Positions 39,352 through 49,707 are shown, counted from the first letter of the stretch. The stretch: DNA of 64,000 bases from Tepidisphaera sp. (GCA_050916045.1 CP051526.1:3232001-3296000), one strand, 5' to 3'. The notes: generated from the letters alone by a model not told the origin. Numbers and translations: made by a program.

Positions 39352-39523
39352 GATCTGATTCTCGCAAAGAAAGACTCGAACTTCCAGTGCATCGACGAAA
39401 TGAACTCAAAAAGTTCAGAGTTCACCAAAGTTTGTGCGTGATTATTTGACGCACCTCGACACGGGAAACTTCCACACAACAGGCTGTGTTCGCCGTACCC
39501 GCCGAACACAAGGTCGGTCGGTA

Positions 39524-39739
39524 TCAGTCTCGGCGAAGCAGCCGGCCCCGCAGGTTCGGCTTATCGATACCGAACTCATCCGTAACGTACGCCGGAGGAC
39601 GCTGCCCGCGCAGCGCGTCGTAGCGGTCGTACTGGCTGCGCGGCTCACTTTCGGCCAAAAGCGGCTCGCCGCACCCGGTCGCCACGAGCGCACACGCCGC
39701 CAGCACCCCACCGCAGATCCGCCCGATTGCACGCGTCAT
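39524..39739 (-). CDS. small putative lipoprotein
   Basis: Hydrophobic signal with ATGC lipobox; PRSQYDRYD...PNLRGRL. Confidence 0.6.
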   Translation of the reverse strand: MTRAIGRICGGVLAACALVATGCGEPLLAESEPRSQYDRYDALRGQRPPAYVTDEFGIDKPNLRGRLLRRD

Positions 39740-39914
39740 GCCGCGATGGTATCTCGGCCCCGGCCGCACCGCACGCTCCGACGATCCGTCCAAAAACCGT
39801 GTGCCGCCCGGCTCGGCCGGGCGGCACACTGGAGGAGAGAGGAGAAGACCGTTTGACTTCTTTATCTACGTGCGCACGACCCGGGCTGTTCTTGAATCTC
39901 GCAAGAACTGAGCC

Positions 39915-40478
39915 TTAACACGACGGCGGGACGATCCGCCCACGTTCATTCAGAAAAACCGAACGCGAAACGAACAACTGTCGCAGCCCCTCGTACACAG
40001 TGGCGCAAACCGCCGTCGCCAGATTGAGCGAACGCTCCCCCTCGATCATCGGAAGCGTTAAGGTATTGTCCGGATAAGCCCGCAAAATCTCATCCGGCAG
40101 GCCGCGGGTCTCCTTCCCGAAGACGAGCGCATCGCCACGCTCGAACTTGGCGTCGAAGACCGATCGCGTGGTTTTGGTGGTCAAAAGCCAAAGCCGCTTG
40201 GGCCGCCGGGTCGCGATGTACGCGTCCCAGCTTTCGTGCTCGCGAACGCCAAGCCGCGGCCAGTAATCCAGCCCCGCGCGGCGGCAGGCTTTCTCCGACA
40301 CGTCAAAGCCAAGCGGCTTGATCAGATCAAGTGAGCACCCGGCCGCGACGCAGGTGCGGCCGATGTTCCCGGTGTTGTTGGGGATCTCCGGCTCGTGAAG
40401 CACGACATGAAAGAAAGGGGAGCCCGCGTCGGGGCTCCCCTTCTCGATGTTCGTGTTCGCGTCGCGACCTTGGGTCAT
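39915..40478 (-). CDS. trmL: tRNA (cytidine/uridine-34-2'-O)-methyltransferase
   Basis: PEIPNNTGNIGRTC, RRAGLDYW, FGKETRGL, RSLNLA. Confidence 0.92.
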   Translation of the reverse strand: MTQGRDANTNIEKGSPDAGSPFFHVVLHEPEIPNNTGNIGRTCVAAGCSLDLIKPLGFDVSEKACRRAGLDYWPRLGVREHESWDAYIATRRPKRLWLLTTKTTRSVFDAKFERGDALVFGKETRGLPDEILRAYPDNTLTLPMIEGERSLNLATAVCATVYEGLRQLFVSRSVFLNERGRIVPPSC

Positions 40479-41866
40479 TTCTTGGCGGGCGCGGACTTGT
40501 CCTTGTTGGCCGCAAGCCACTTGGCTTCGGCGTCACGGCGGGCGATCACCGCCGGATCCACGAGGATGCAGGTGTTGAGGGACTTGAGGCCGAAGGACTG
40601 GTACGCGGCGATCTCGCCGAACCAGCGCATCACGCCGTCGGTGCTGATGACCGCCATGGCGCCCGTCGGCCATTCGGTCTGGTGCTCGGGCTTGGCCGAG
40701 TCGAAGAACAGGTTGTCCATGTCGAGGAAGAAGGGGAATTCAACCTTCCGCTCCTTGCGGTAGTTCTCGAGGCGGGCGGTGACCTTCTCGGGATCCGTCT
40801 CGTACTTCTTCTCCGAGTTGCTGTTGCCGGAGTTCTGCGCGAGGATCGACGGATTGATGACCGCCATGGTGTACACCACGTCGCGCGTGCGGGCCTGCTC
40901 CTGGCTGAGGGAGTCGACCAGGGTGTTGAACCGCGTGCCGATCGCGTCGGGATGGAAGAAAATCACGACGGTGATTCGTCCGCGGAGGTTGGGCACCTTG
41001 CCGATCCAACCTTCGGTGGGAAGGGAGACGGTCCGCGTCGCGGGCAGTTTGCCGTCCTTGCGGTAGTCCTTCTCTTCCTGCTCGCTCATCGGGGGGAGAG
41101 GCCACTTCGCGGCTTCGTACGCGGAATCCGAAGGCTGGTTAAAGCCAAGGTCCGGGATGCGGGTCATGTCGATGACGTCGGCGGCGCCGGTCGTGCGGCG
41201 GGCTTCGGCTTCGAGTCGGGCCCGCTCGGCCGCGATCATGTCGTTGATCTTCGCGGCGTCGGCTGCTTTCTCGTCGGTGAGCTTCTTGACGGCGGTCTCC
41301 ATCACATCGCTGGAGATGCCCGCGTAGCGAAGCTGGCCGGCGCGATCGATCAGGTAGATCTCAGGATCCTGCCCGGCGCTGAGGCCCTTGCGGAACTCGT
41401 TCTTGGCGTCGTGGGCGAGGAGGAACTTGGCGCCATCCGGGCTCTTGGTCTTCTCGGCTTCGGCCCAGCCGTCCTTGTCGTGCACGGCGACGACGATGAG
41501 GTCCTTCTTGGCGTAGGTCTCGGCGAGCGAGCGAGCGGTCTCGACGACCTTCGCCGCGGGCTTGAACCACGAGGAATAGGTAACGACGAGGACGACTTTG
41601 CCCTTGAAGTCGGCGTTGGCCAGAGCAGAGCCGTTGGTCCAGTCGGTGAGCTTGCCGAACGCGTCGGCCGCGAACGGCTTGAGTTCAAGCTTGGTCATCT
41701 CGAGGCGTCGCGAACCCTCGCCGCGGCGCGTGATCTCGGGGTTGACGGTGAGAACCTCGTCCCGCTTGGGCTGGGCGGCCGCGGGCATCGCAAGCCCGGC
41801 GACGCTCGCCACGCCCGCGGTCCAGAGCACACCCGCCGACAACCACCGCACACTCTTCTTCATCAT
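40475..41866 (-). CDS. secreted tandem redoxin/thioredoxin-like protein without CxxC
   Basis: Signal peptide; DFKGKVVLV..SW, VAVH, PEIYLIDRAGQLRY; second LRGRITVVIFF...VISTDGVMRW. Confidence 0.7.
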   Translation of the reverse strand: MMKKSVRWLSAGVLWTAGVASVAGLAMPAAAQPKRDEVLTVNPEITRRGEGSRRLEMTKLELKPFAADAFGKLTDWTNGSALANADFKGKVVLVVTYSSWFKPAAKVVETARSLAETYAKKDLIVVAVHDKDGWAEAEKTKSPDGAKFLLAHDAKNEFRKGLSAGQDPEIYLIDRAGQLRYAGISSDVMETAVKKLTDEKAADAAKINDMIAAERARLEAEARRTTGAADVIDMTRIPDLGFNQPSDSAYEAAKWPLPPMSEQEEKDYRKDGKLPATRTVSLPTEGWIGKVPNLRGRITVVIFFHPDAIGTRFNTLVDSLSQEQARTRDVVYTMAVINPSILAQNSGNSNSEKKYETDPEKVTARLENYRKERKVEFPFFLDMDNLFFDSAKPEHQTEWPTGAMAVISTDGVMRWFGEIAAYQSFGLKSLNTCILVDPAVIARRDAEAKWLAANKDKSAPAKK

Positions 41867-42011
41867 CGTGAACTCCAGACGCATTTGGACCACCCAGGTC
41901 ATCAGCCCGATCGGGCTTCAGGCACACTGTAGAGACACCGACACTGATTCGACGGCTGAGAACGAACCGAGTTCCACAATCTCGCACAGCCGATAGGGCT
42001 TTGGTCGGTGC

Positions 42012-42695
42012 TTAGCCGCACCCGCAGCCACTGCCGCAACCGCACGAGCCGGCGGCCTGAACGGCTTGCTCGCGCGGCCCGAGGAACCGCTCGACCTTCG
42101 CGTTGACGAACGCGGCATGATGCTCGAGGTGCCAAGCGTAGTAGACCGCGATGTCGCGCACGCTCTGAGGGCCGCGGGAGGGGTGCATGCCGGTCCGCGC
42201 CAGCTGCGCATCGCTGAGGCTCGCGATCCACATCCCAGACCACTGGCGAAGCACATGGATCGCCGCGACGAACGCTCCGACCACCCCGCCGCCGGCGAGC
42301 CCCTGGCCCACGCCGTAGAGATTCTGATCCACGAACGCGTTCTCGTCCCACTCGGCGAAAACCGGGTTGTCCTCGGCCACAATCCGCCGCATCCGGTGCA
42401 CCGCGACCAGATCCGCATCGGCGATATGGCCGAGCACCACGCGCACAGGCCAGCGGCCTACGCCCACGTCGGGCAGGAACGCCTGATCAAGCTGTTCTTC
42501 CGAAAGCTCGAAAACCCGGCGGTCGAAGTTCTCAACCCCCCGGCGGTACCGGCCCACCAGCTCGGGCAAGCCCATCGCAAAGAACGACTCCACGCTCGGC
42601 ACCGTGCCCAAGCCGGGAATCGACTGCACCGTCTTGCAGCATCCACCGCCCCCGCTCTTGCCTTTCCCGCCGCAGCATCCGCCGTCGCTTCCCAT
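42012..42695 (-). CDS. DinB family protein with Cys/Gly-rich termini
   Basis: GRWPVRVVLGHIAD, AEWDENAF, WHLEHH; AAGGAG RBS. Confidence 0.85.
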   Translation of the reverse strand: MGSDGGCCGGKGKSGGGGCCKTVQSIPGLGTVPSVESFFAMGLPELVGRYRRGVENFDRRVFELSEEQLDQAFLPDVGVGRWPVRVVLGHIADADLVAVHRMRRIVAEDNPVFAEWDENAFVDQNLYGVGQGLAGGGVVGAFVAAIHVLRQWSGMWIASLSDAQLARTGMHPSRGPQSVRDIAVYYAWHLEHHAAFVNAKVERFLGPREQAVQAAGSCGCGSGCGCG

Positions 42696-42738
42696 GGAAC
42701 GCTCCTTTGGTGAAGGATAGTCGTCCTAGCATCCACCC

Positions 42739-43113
42739 ATGGCCAGATTTCTCGCGCTCCGCGTCGTGATGATGCCCCGCGACACCAACCACTACGGCAC
42801 CATTTTCGGCGGCGTCATCCTCAGCTACATCGACCAGGCCGGGTTCGTCGAAGCCCAGCGGCACACGCCCCGCAAGTGGGTCACCGTCGCCGTCGACCGC
42901 GTCGAGTTCAAGCAGCCCGTCTACGTCGGCGATGTCGTCAACTTCTACGCCGAAACCACCCGGGAAGGTACGACAAGCGTCACCGTCCGAATCGAGGTCG
43001 AAGCCGAACGCTCAGACTCCGGCGAGGTCGTCCCGGTCACGTCCGCTTCCATCATCCTCGTCTCCGTCGACCCCGACGGAAAGCCGGTACCATTCCGCAA
43101 GCCGTCCGCTTGA
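42739..43113 (+). CDS. acyl-CoA thioesterase (hotdog fold)
   Basis: MPRDTNHYGTIFGGVILSYID, FKQPVYVGD. Confidence 0.92.
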   Translation: MARFLALRVVMMPRDTNHYGTIFGGVILSYIDQAGFVEAQRHTPRKWVTVAVDRVEFKQPVYVGDVVNFYAETTREGTTSVTVRIEVEAERSDSGEVVPVTSASIILVSVDPDGKPVPFRKPSA

Positions 43114-43137
43114 CCCCCCTCGGAGCACGCGCCCGCC

Positions 43138-43488
43138 ATGTCTTCCTCTTCCTTCGTCAACACCAGCATCGTCGGCGGCGCCCTTGTCGGTCGGCTCGAC
43201 CGAGAGAAGATCGGCGAATACGAATCCCCTGTTGTCCGCGGCGAGATCGAAGCCGCCGCGCCCCAAGCCGGATGGAAGGTCGTTCTCGACCTTTCCGAGG
43301 TCCGCATGGTCGCCTCCGCCGGACTGGGGCTCTTCGTCACCCTCAACAAGATCTGCAAGGACAAGGGCGGAAAGTTCGCCATCTGCAACCTCGACGACAC
43401 CCTGACGCAGGTCTTCGAGATGACCAAGCTGCATCGCGTCATGACGATCGCCCCGTCGACCGAAGCCGCGGTCAAAGCCGTTTCCTGA
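43138..43488 (+). CDS. STAS domain anti-sigma factor antagonist
   Basis: VVLDLSEVRMVASAGLG, QVFEMTKL. Confidence 0.88.
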   Translation: MSSSSFVNTSIVGGALVGRLDREKIGEYESPVVRGEIEAAAPQAGWKVVLDLSEVRMVASAGLGLFVTLNKICKDKGGKFAICNLDDTLTQVFEMTKLHRVMTIAPSTEAAVKAVS

Positions 43489-43528
43489 GCTTCCGCCAAG
43501 ACTTCGCAGAGTTTCCGCCGAGATTCCC

Positions 43529-44131
43529 ATGCCGACAGCCGCGCGGCTCCTCATCATGCTCTCCGGTGGCGGGCGAACGATGCTCAACATCGTCGATTCG
43601 ATCCGCGCGGGCTCGCTTCGGGCAGAGGTCGCCGCCATCGTCGTCTCGCGTGAATGCCCCGGTGCCCAGGCCGCTCGCAACCTCGGATTTCCCGTCGAGG
43701 TGGTGCCGGGTGAGATCCCCGCCGAAAGCCTCGACCAGATCGCACGTCGCCACCGCGCCGATTGGATCGTCCTCGCCGGTTACCTCCGGCGGGTGCACAT
43801 CCCCCCCGATTTCGCCGGACGCGTCATCAACATCCACCCCGCTCTGCTTCCCAAGTTCGGTGGGCCGGGCATGTACGGACGCTTCGTCCACGAAGCCGTC
43901 CTCAAGGCCGGCGAGACCGAGTCCGGATGCACCGTCCATCTGTGCGATGGGGAATACGACCGCGGGCGCATCGTGCTCCAAGCTCGCTGCCCTGTGCTTC
44001 CTGGAGACACCCCGGAAACCCTCGCCGCGCGGGTCTTCGAAGCTGAGTGTCGAACCTTTCCGCAAGCTCTGCGAATCGTGCTCTCGGAAACACACCCGCC
44101 CTTCCCGGCGGATTCGAGGAACCCCGCATGA
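43529..44131 (+). CDS. purN: phosphoribosylglycinamide formyltransferase
   Basis: SGGGRT, LAGY, INIHPALLP, GCTVH, YDRG. Confidence 0.93.
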   Translation: MPTAARLLIMLSGGGRTMLNIVDSIRAGSLRAEVAAIVVSRECPGAQAARNLGFPVEVVPGEIPAESLDQIARRHRADWIVLAGYLRRVHIPPDFAGRVINIHPALLPKFGGPGMYGRFVHEAVLKAGETESGCTVHLCDGEYDRGRIVLQARCPVLPGDTPETLAARVFEAECRTFPQALRIVLSETHPPFPADSRNPA

Positions 44132-45717
44132 ACCCCCGCCGCGCCGCATTCGCCCTTCTGATGACGGTGGCGGCGGGCGCGCGGGCGCAGCCGAAAGACA
44201 AACCTTCGGAACCCACCCCGAGCCAGCCCGGGGAAAGGGCACCCGCGTCCAAGCCGGCCAAACCCGCCGAAGGCACCACCGACCCCGTCGCTCTCGCCAA
44301 CGACACGATGCGCGCGATCGCCGCTCGCGATTGGCCGAAAGCCGAAGCTCTGCTCCAGAAGCAGGTCGAACTCGGGCAGGGACGCTTCGTCCCCTACTAC
44401 AACCTCGCGTGCGTGAAAGCCGTTCAGGGCCAGAAGGACGCGGCGGTCGAATGGCTTCTCCGCGCGATCGAGCGTGGATTTTCCGACATCCGTCAGATCC
44501 GTCGCGATTCGTACCTGGCTTCCATCCGACAAGAGCCTGGCTTTCGCGCGATCGTCGACAACTGGCCGAAGTTTCTCGAGAAGCGGATCGAGCGGGACGT
44601 CGCCGAACTGCGCGAGACGATCGACCAGAAACTCGACGAGCGACGTGATCCGGCGCTCCGGCTCGTCTACCTCACGGCATCGTCGGAATCGACGACCAAG
44701 CAGGTCCGCGAGGAGATCGAGCGCGTCGCCGAATGGTGCGAGAACGGGATCTTCAAGGGCCTGATGACCGACGCGGCTTCCGCGGAGGACGCGTGGGTGT
44801 CAATCGTCGTGCCGACGCGCGAGAGCTTTCTCCGCTGGTCGCTGATTGAGTACGGCCCGGCCGCGAACTCGGGGTTCTCGATGATCGGCGGCCAGTACTC
44901 GCACGACGAGAAGCGGCTGATCTCGATGGACTCAGGGTCTTCGCTTCGCCATGAGTTCTTCCACGTGCTCCACTGGCGCGACATGGGCCGCCGCGGACAG
45001 ATCCACCCCATCTATATCCAGGAGGGCCTCGCCGCCGTCGTCGAGGACTACGACCTTGTGCCCGACGAAGCCAAGCCCGGCTCCAAGAAGGTCGTGATGG
45101 TCGGCTCATGGCGCACCAATGTCGCCAAGCGGCGGGAACGCCGCGGCTCGCTGATCACCATCGACACGCTCGCCGGTCTCACGCACGAGAAGTTCATGGG
45201 CGAGCAGCCCCTCGCCAAGTACGCGTGCGCCCGAACGCTCTTCCTCTGGCTTGACCAGCAGGGCAAGCTCGTCGAGTGGTACAAGCACTACACCGAGAAC
45301 TACGACAAGGACCCCACCGGACTCAAGAGCTTCGAAGCCGTGCTCGGCGCCGACATTCCCGAACTCAACAAACGCTGGAAAGCATGGATCCGCGCGTTCC
45401 CCGAGGTCCCGGAGGAGATTCTCTCCGGCATGGCAAGCCTGGGCGTGCAGATCGAAGCCCAGGGCGGCGACGGCGTCGCCGTCTTCGCGATTTCCGTCCC
45501 CCCAGGCCACCGCGGCCGCAGACCCGAGATCCTCAAGGGCGAAGAGGGTGAGCTCCGCGTCGGTGACATCATCCGGTCCATCAACGGCAAACCGACCCGC
45601 GACATGGCCGAACTCGTCCGCGTCCTCAGCGGGTTTGATCCCGGAGAGATCGTGACCGTCGAGGTCCGCCGTGGAAGAGCGGTCGTCGACGTCAAAATCA
45701 AACTCCAGAAGAAGTAA
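44128..45717 (+). CDS. secreted TPR plus zinc-peptidase-like (HExxH) plus PDZ protein
   Basis: YYNLAC TPR; HEFFH...EGLA; LRVGDIIRSING PDZ. Confidence 0.75.
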   Translation: MNPRRAAFALLMTVAAGARAQPKDKPSEPTPSQPGERAPASKPAKPAEGTTDPVALANDTMRAIAARDWPKAEALLQKQVELGQGRFVPYYNLACVKAVQGQKDAAVEWLLRAIERGFSDIRQIRRDSYLASIRQEPGFRAIVDNWPKFLEKRIERDVAELRETIDQKLDERRDPALRLVYLTASSESTTKQVREEIERVAEWCENGIFKGLMTDAASAEDAWVSIVVPTRESFLRWSLIEYGPAANSGFSMIGGQYSHDEKRLISMDSGSSLRHEFFHVLHWRDMGRRGQIHPIYIQEGLAAVVEDYDLVPDEAKPGSKKVVMVGSWRTNVAKRRERRGSLITIDTLAGLTHEKFMGEQPLAKYACARTLFLWLDQQGKLVEWYKHYTENYDKDPTGLKSFEAVLGADIPELNKRWKAWIRAFPEVPEEILSGMASLGVQIEAQGGDGVAVFAISVPPGHRGRRPEILKGEEGELRVGDIIRSINGKPTRDMAELVRVLSGFDPGEIVTVEVRRGRAVVDVKIKLQKK

Positions 45718-45761
45718 GCACCCGCCGACGGCCTCCCGCGCCCGCTCTAGAATCCGCCCGC

Positions 45762-47531
45762 ATGAACCCCACCGCAAGCCCGATCGATCAGGCCCGCCAG
45801 TTGCTGGACGCGGGCGACTTCGCCGGCGCCAGCGCCGCGTGGCAGCGGGCCACCCGCGGCGGCAAAAACACCTTCGAATCCGACGTCCTCGGCTCGCGAG
45901 TCCAGCTCGCCCTGTCCAACACCGTGCAGGCCCGGTTCCTCGCCCAGCGGGCCGCCGACTCCGCCGGAAGCGACGCCCGTCGCCTCGTTTCCGCCGCTGG
46001 TGCGCTCGCCGCCGCCGGAATGTACGAGGAAGGCTCGGCCGTCTACCGCAAAGCCGTCAAGCTCGCGCCAAGCGACGCCGGCGCTGCCGCGTGCCTCATC
46101 GGAACGCTCTTCCGCGCCGGACGCTACGACGAAACCCTCGCCCAAGCCGCCGAGTTCTCAAAGCTCCACCCCGCCAGCGCTGAAGTCGCTCTCAACCACT
46201 CCTCGATCCTCACCTACTTCGGCAGGCTCGATGAAGCGGCCGACGTTCTCCGCAAAGCGATCGCCGCCAACCCCGACTTCGTCGCCGGCCGCAGCAACCT
46301 GTGCATGCTGATGAACTACCTCTCGGGCGATCCGGCCGAACTGCTCGCCGTCCACCGCGAGTACGGCACCATGCTCGAACGCGTGCACACGCCGCAGATC
46401 CCCCCCTACCCCGCGACGCGCGATCCAAACCGCCCCATCCGCCTCGGTGTCGTCTCGGGAGACCTCCGCCGCGGTTCGGTGATGTCGTTCTTCGAGCCCC
46501 TCCTCCGCGAATTGGACCGTTCGCGCATCGAGACCTTCGTCTACAGCCTCAACCCCACTTCCGACGCCGTCACCGCGCGTCTCAAAGCCAGCGCCGCGGC
46601 CTGGAAAAACGTCGGCGACCACGCGCCCGTCGCCCTCGCCCAGATGATCTTCGCCGACCGCATCGACATCCTCCTCGATCTCGGCGGGCACACCGCGTAC
46701 AACCGGCTTCCGGTCTTCCATCTGCGGCCGGCCCCCGTGCAGGTCACCTACCTCGCGTACCCCTGCACCACCGGCCTCAACAGCATCGACTACCGAGTCG
46801 TCGACGCACTGACCGACCCGCCCGGCGTCGCGGATGCGTTCGCGACCGAGCGACTCATCCGGCTCGATGGGTCCTTCCTCGCGTTCGAGCCCGCGGCGGA
46901 CAGCCCGCCCGTGCGAACCGCTCGACCTGGTGGCCCATTCGTCTTCGGCTCCTTCAACAACGCGTTCAAGCTGCACCCCTCCACCCTCGACGCCTGGGCC
47001 GCGATTCTCACCCGCACGCCGGATTCGATCCTGATCGTCAAAAGCCAGGGCCTCGACCATCCGTCCATGCGGCAAGCTTTCCTCTCCCGTCTCGCCGAAC
47101 GGGGCATCGACGCTTCCCGCGTCGAAATCTGCGGGTTCATCAAGACCTACCAGGAACACCTGGCTCTCTACAACCGCGTGGACCTCGCACTCGACACGTT
47201 CCCCTACCACGGAACGACGACAACGTGCGAATCGCTCTGGATGGGCGTCCCGGTGCTCACCGTGGCCGGTTCCTGCCACGCGGCTCGCGTGGGCGTCTCG
47301 ATCCTGAGCAACGTCGGCCTCGAAAGCCTCATCGCCCGGTCGCCCGAGGAGTACGTCGCGCTCGCCGAAGCCCTCGCCAAGGACCCGGCCCGACTCGAGC
47401 TGGCGCGTTCCGGCCTCCGTGAACGCATGTCGAGTTCGCCGCTCTGCGACGCCCGAGGACTGGCCCGCCGGTTCGAAGCCGCCCTGCGCGACATGTGGAC
47501 CCGCTGGTGCGGTGGCAAGCCGACGACCTGA
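45762..47531 (+). CDS. TPR-containing O-GlcNAc transferase/SPINDLY-like GT41 protein
   Basis: TPRs; RLGVVSGD, DLGGHT, PAPVQ, FGSFNN..K, LDTFPY.GTTT. Confidence 0.9.
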   Translation: MNPTASPIDQARQLLDAGDFAGASAAWQRATRGGKNTFESDVLGSRVQLALSNTVQARFLAQRAADSAGSDARRLVSAAGALAAAGMYEEGSAVYRKAVKLAPSDAGAAACLIGTLFRAGRYDETLAQAAEFSKLHPASAEVALNHSSILTYFGRLDEAADVLRKAIAANPDFVAGRSNLCMLMNYLSGDPAELLAVHREYGTMLERVHTPQIPPYPATRDPNRPIRLGVVSGDLRRGSVMSFFEPLLRELDRSRIETFVYSLNPTSDAVTARLKASAAAWKNVGDHAPVALAQMIFADRIDILLDLGGHTAYNRLPVFHLRPAPVQVTYLAYPCTTGLNSIDYRVVDALTDPPGVADAFATERLIRLDGSFLAFEPAADSPPVRTARPGGPFVFGSFNNAFKLHPSTLDAWAAILTRTPDSILIVKSQGLDHPSMRQAFLSRLAERGIDASRVEICGFIKTYQEHLALYNRVDLALDTFPYHGTTTTCESLWMGVPVLTVAGSCHAARVGVSILSNVGLESLIARSPEEYVALAEALAKDPARLELARSGLRERMSSSPLCDARGLARRFEAALRDMWTRWCGGKPTT

Positions 47532-47773
47532 ACGGACGTCTCGACGATTGTCTGCACGAACCGTCTGGACGACGGCAGCCGCCTTGCGGCGAGCGGAAAG
47601 CCCCTCGGTCCCCACAACAGGCCTCCTGAGGAACCTCTCTCTTCCGACTCGATCGCGGCGACGAGCCGGACTCGGCGGCGATCCGCTCCCGCTTGCGACG
47701 CAGAGGGGATCGCCCGCTCGGGAAATGGGGCGACCTTCGCCGGCGAAGAGGCGCTTCGTGGCGCAAACGGGAC

Positions 47774-47809
47774 AAAAAAGACACGACCCCGCGATGAAGC
47801 GGGGTCGTG
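47774..47809 (-). terminator. intrinsic terminator
   Basis: CACGACCCCGC-loop-GCGGGGTCGTG followed by T6 on the minus strand. Confidence 0.75.
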
Positions 47810-47901
47810 CGAGTCTCGAGAACTCAGCAGACAGGGGGGTGTGAGGGAGCCCCTTGATGCTGACACCGGAAACCTCTTGTGAGGCCTCTCAGTGATTCAA
47901 C

Positions 47902-48576
47902 TTAGCGGCGGCGGCGGCCGGCAACCAGACCGCCGAGCCCGACGAGGGCGAGGGTGGCCGGGGTGGGGACGACGTTGATCGAGGCGCCGTTCAGGATCGT
48001 GCCCTGAACCTGCGTGCCGCGGGTCGCGCTGGAGGACGTGTGGATCGTGGACACGCCACGGACGAGGTCGCCGAGGGCGAGGCCGATGGAGCGGTTGAAG
48101 CCCGCACCAACCGTCACGTCGAAGGCGAAGGCCAGACGGGCCTGGGAAGCGTCAGCGTAGCCGGCGCCAGCGGAGCTGGGGTCGCGCTGCGAGAACACCA
48201 TGCCAGCGGCCGTGTTCGAGTTGCCAGCGTCGGAAGCGGCGTCAATCCGGAAACCGTTGGCCGTCGCGAAGATCGCGTTGGTCACGGCGCCGAAGTTGAA
48301 CGGAGCGACGCGGCCGGTGGACGTGCCAGCGGCGAAGGCAGCCGTGTCACCAGCGGTGCCGGTGGCCGTGAGGGCCGTGATGCTCGCACCACCGAAGCCG
48401 TAGCCGTCGTTGGTCGCGACAAAGATCGCGCACTTGACGACGCTGCCGGGGATGGCGTTGACCGAGCTGGACCAGGTCGCGCCACCGTCGTTCGAAACGA
48501 GCACGCTAATGCTGGTCTCAGCGTTCGCGCCAGCAGCCATACCAACAACCGCGAGAATACCACAAATCTTCGTCAT
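47902..48576 (-). CDS. secreted PEP-CTERM-like (VPTPA) protein
   Basis: Signal peptide; VVPTPATLALVGLGGLVAGRRRR; AGGGAG RBS. Confidence 0.85.
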   Translation of the reverse strand: MTKICGILAVVGMAAGANAETSISVLVSNDGGATWSSSVNAIPGSVVKCAIFVATNDGYGFGGASITALTATGTAGDTAAFAAGTSTGRVAPFNFGAVTNAIFATANGFRIDAASDAGNSNTAAGMVFSQRDPSSAGAGYADASQARLAFAFDVTVGAGFNRSIGLALGDLVRGVSTIHTSSSATRGTQVQGTILNGASINVVPTPATLALVGLGGLVAGRRRR

Positions 48577-48840
48577 GTCTTGCTCCCTTACGAATCTCTC
48601 CAGTCCGCTGAGTCCTCCTCCGGACCCAACGCTGATGAGGTCAGTGTATCACAAATCTCAGGTTCTGCAAGGTAATTTTCCAAGTTGACGCAATTTATTT
48701 TCGCGCAAGAGCCGCGCAAAGATCGCCATTTTAGGGGATCTGAGTGCCGCAGTATGCCTGTCTTGGATGTAAGCCACCCACTACCGAGAAGAGGAATCTT
48801 CCCGGTGCCGCCACGTCTCAAGAATGCTTGCCTGAAGTGG

Positions 48841-49689
48841 TTACGAACGGAACCAAGACGCGATCGCGTGCACCGTGGCCGCACGGCCCATGGATCCGAT
48901 CGATTCCGTCAGCGGGATGTGCTTGGGGCACACCTTGACGCAGTTCTGGGCGTTTCCGCAGTCGTCGACGCCGCCGGGGCCCATGAGGGCTTCCAGGCGT
49001 TCGGATTTCAGCTGGGAACCCGTCTCGTGCATGTTGAACAGGCGGGCCTGGCTGATCGCCTGCGCACCAATAAAGGAAGAGTCCCACTTGGCCGGGTCGG
49101 GTTCGACGTTGTACTGGGGGCAGGCTTCGAGGCAGCAGCCGCAGGTCATGCACTCGGAGAGCTTGTACCGCGTCTCCTGGTTCTTGGGCTTCTCGCGCGG
49201 GCCGGCGCCGAGGTAGTACGTCCCGTCGATGGGCACCCAGGCTTTCACACGCGTCAGCGCGTTGAACATCCGGGAGCGGTCCACCCACAGATCTCGGATG
49301 ACGGGGAACTTGCTCATGGGTTCCAGCGAGATTTCATCCCCGTCGCCCGGCGCGTAGTCGTCCATGAGGCAGGAGCAGCTCTGGCGGACCTTGCCGTTGA
49401 TGACCATGGTGCACGCGCCGCACACCTCTTCGAGACATCCCGAGTCCCAGACCACGGGCGTGGTCTTGGTCCCTTCGACCGTGACCGGGCTCGCCGCGAT
49501 CTGCTGAAGCACGGAGATCACGTTGGCTCCGCGGTCGACCTTCACGCTGAAGGTCTCCCATCGCGAGTCTTTGCCGGGACCGTCGCAGCGTTTGACCTTG
49601 ACGCGGATCGTCCGGCCGGGCTTGGCGGAGGCGCGACGGGCAGCGGCGAGGTCGGCGGCGTTGGTGGATGCGGGCGAGAAGGTAAGCAT
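48841..49689 (-). CDS. sdhB: succinate dehydrogenase iron-sulfur subunit
   Basis: CLEEVCGAC, CMTCGCCLEACP, CGNAQNCVKVCPK. Confidence 0.95.
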   Translation of the reverse strand: MLTFSPASTNAADLAAARRASAKPGRTIRVKVKRCDGPGKDSRWETFSVKVDRGANVISVLQQIAASPVTVEGTKTTPVVWDSGCLEEVCGACTMVINGKVRQSCSCLMDDYAPGDGDEISLEPMSKFPVIRDLWVDRSRMFNALTRVKAWVPIDGTYYLGAGPREKPKNQETRYKLSECMTCGCCLEACPQYNVEPDPAKWDSSFIGAQAISQARLFNMHETGSQLKSERLEALMGPGGVDDCGNAQNCVKVCPKHIPLTESIGSMGRAATVHAIASWFRS

Positions 49690-49707
49690 GGCGGGTTCTC
49701 GTCTTTC

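Noticed and set aside
47540..47770. Cluster of small hairpins as an ncRNA
   Set aside because: Short GC stems are expected by chance at this GC content; there is no second copy or recognisable motif
48630..48690. CTGATGA hammerhead-like core
   Set aside because: No properly placed GAAA or stems; the region fits a minus-strand promoter (TTGCAG-N16-TACACT)
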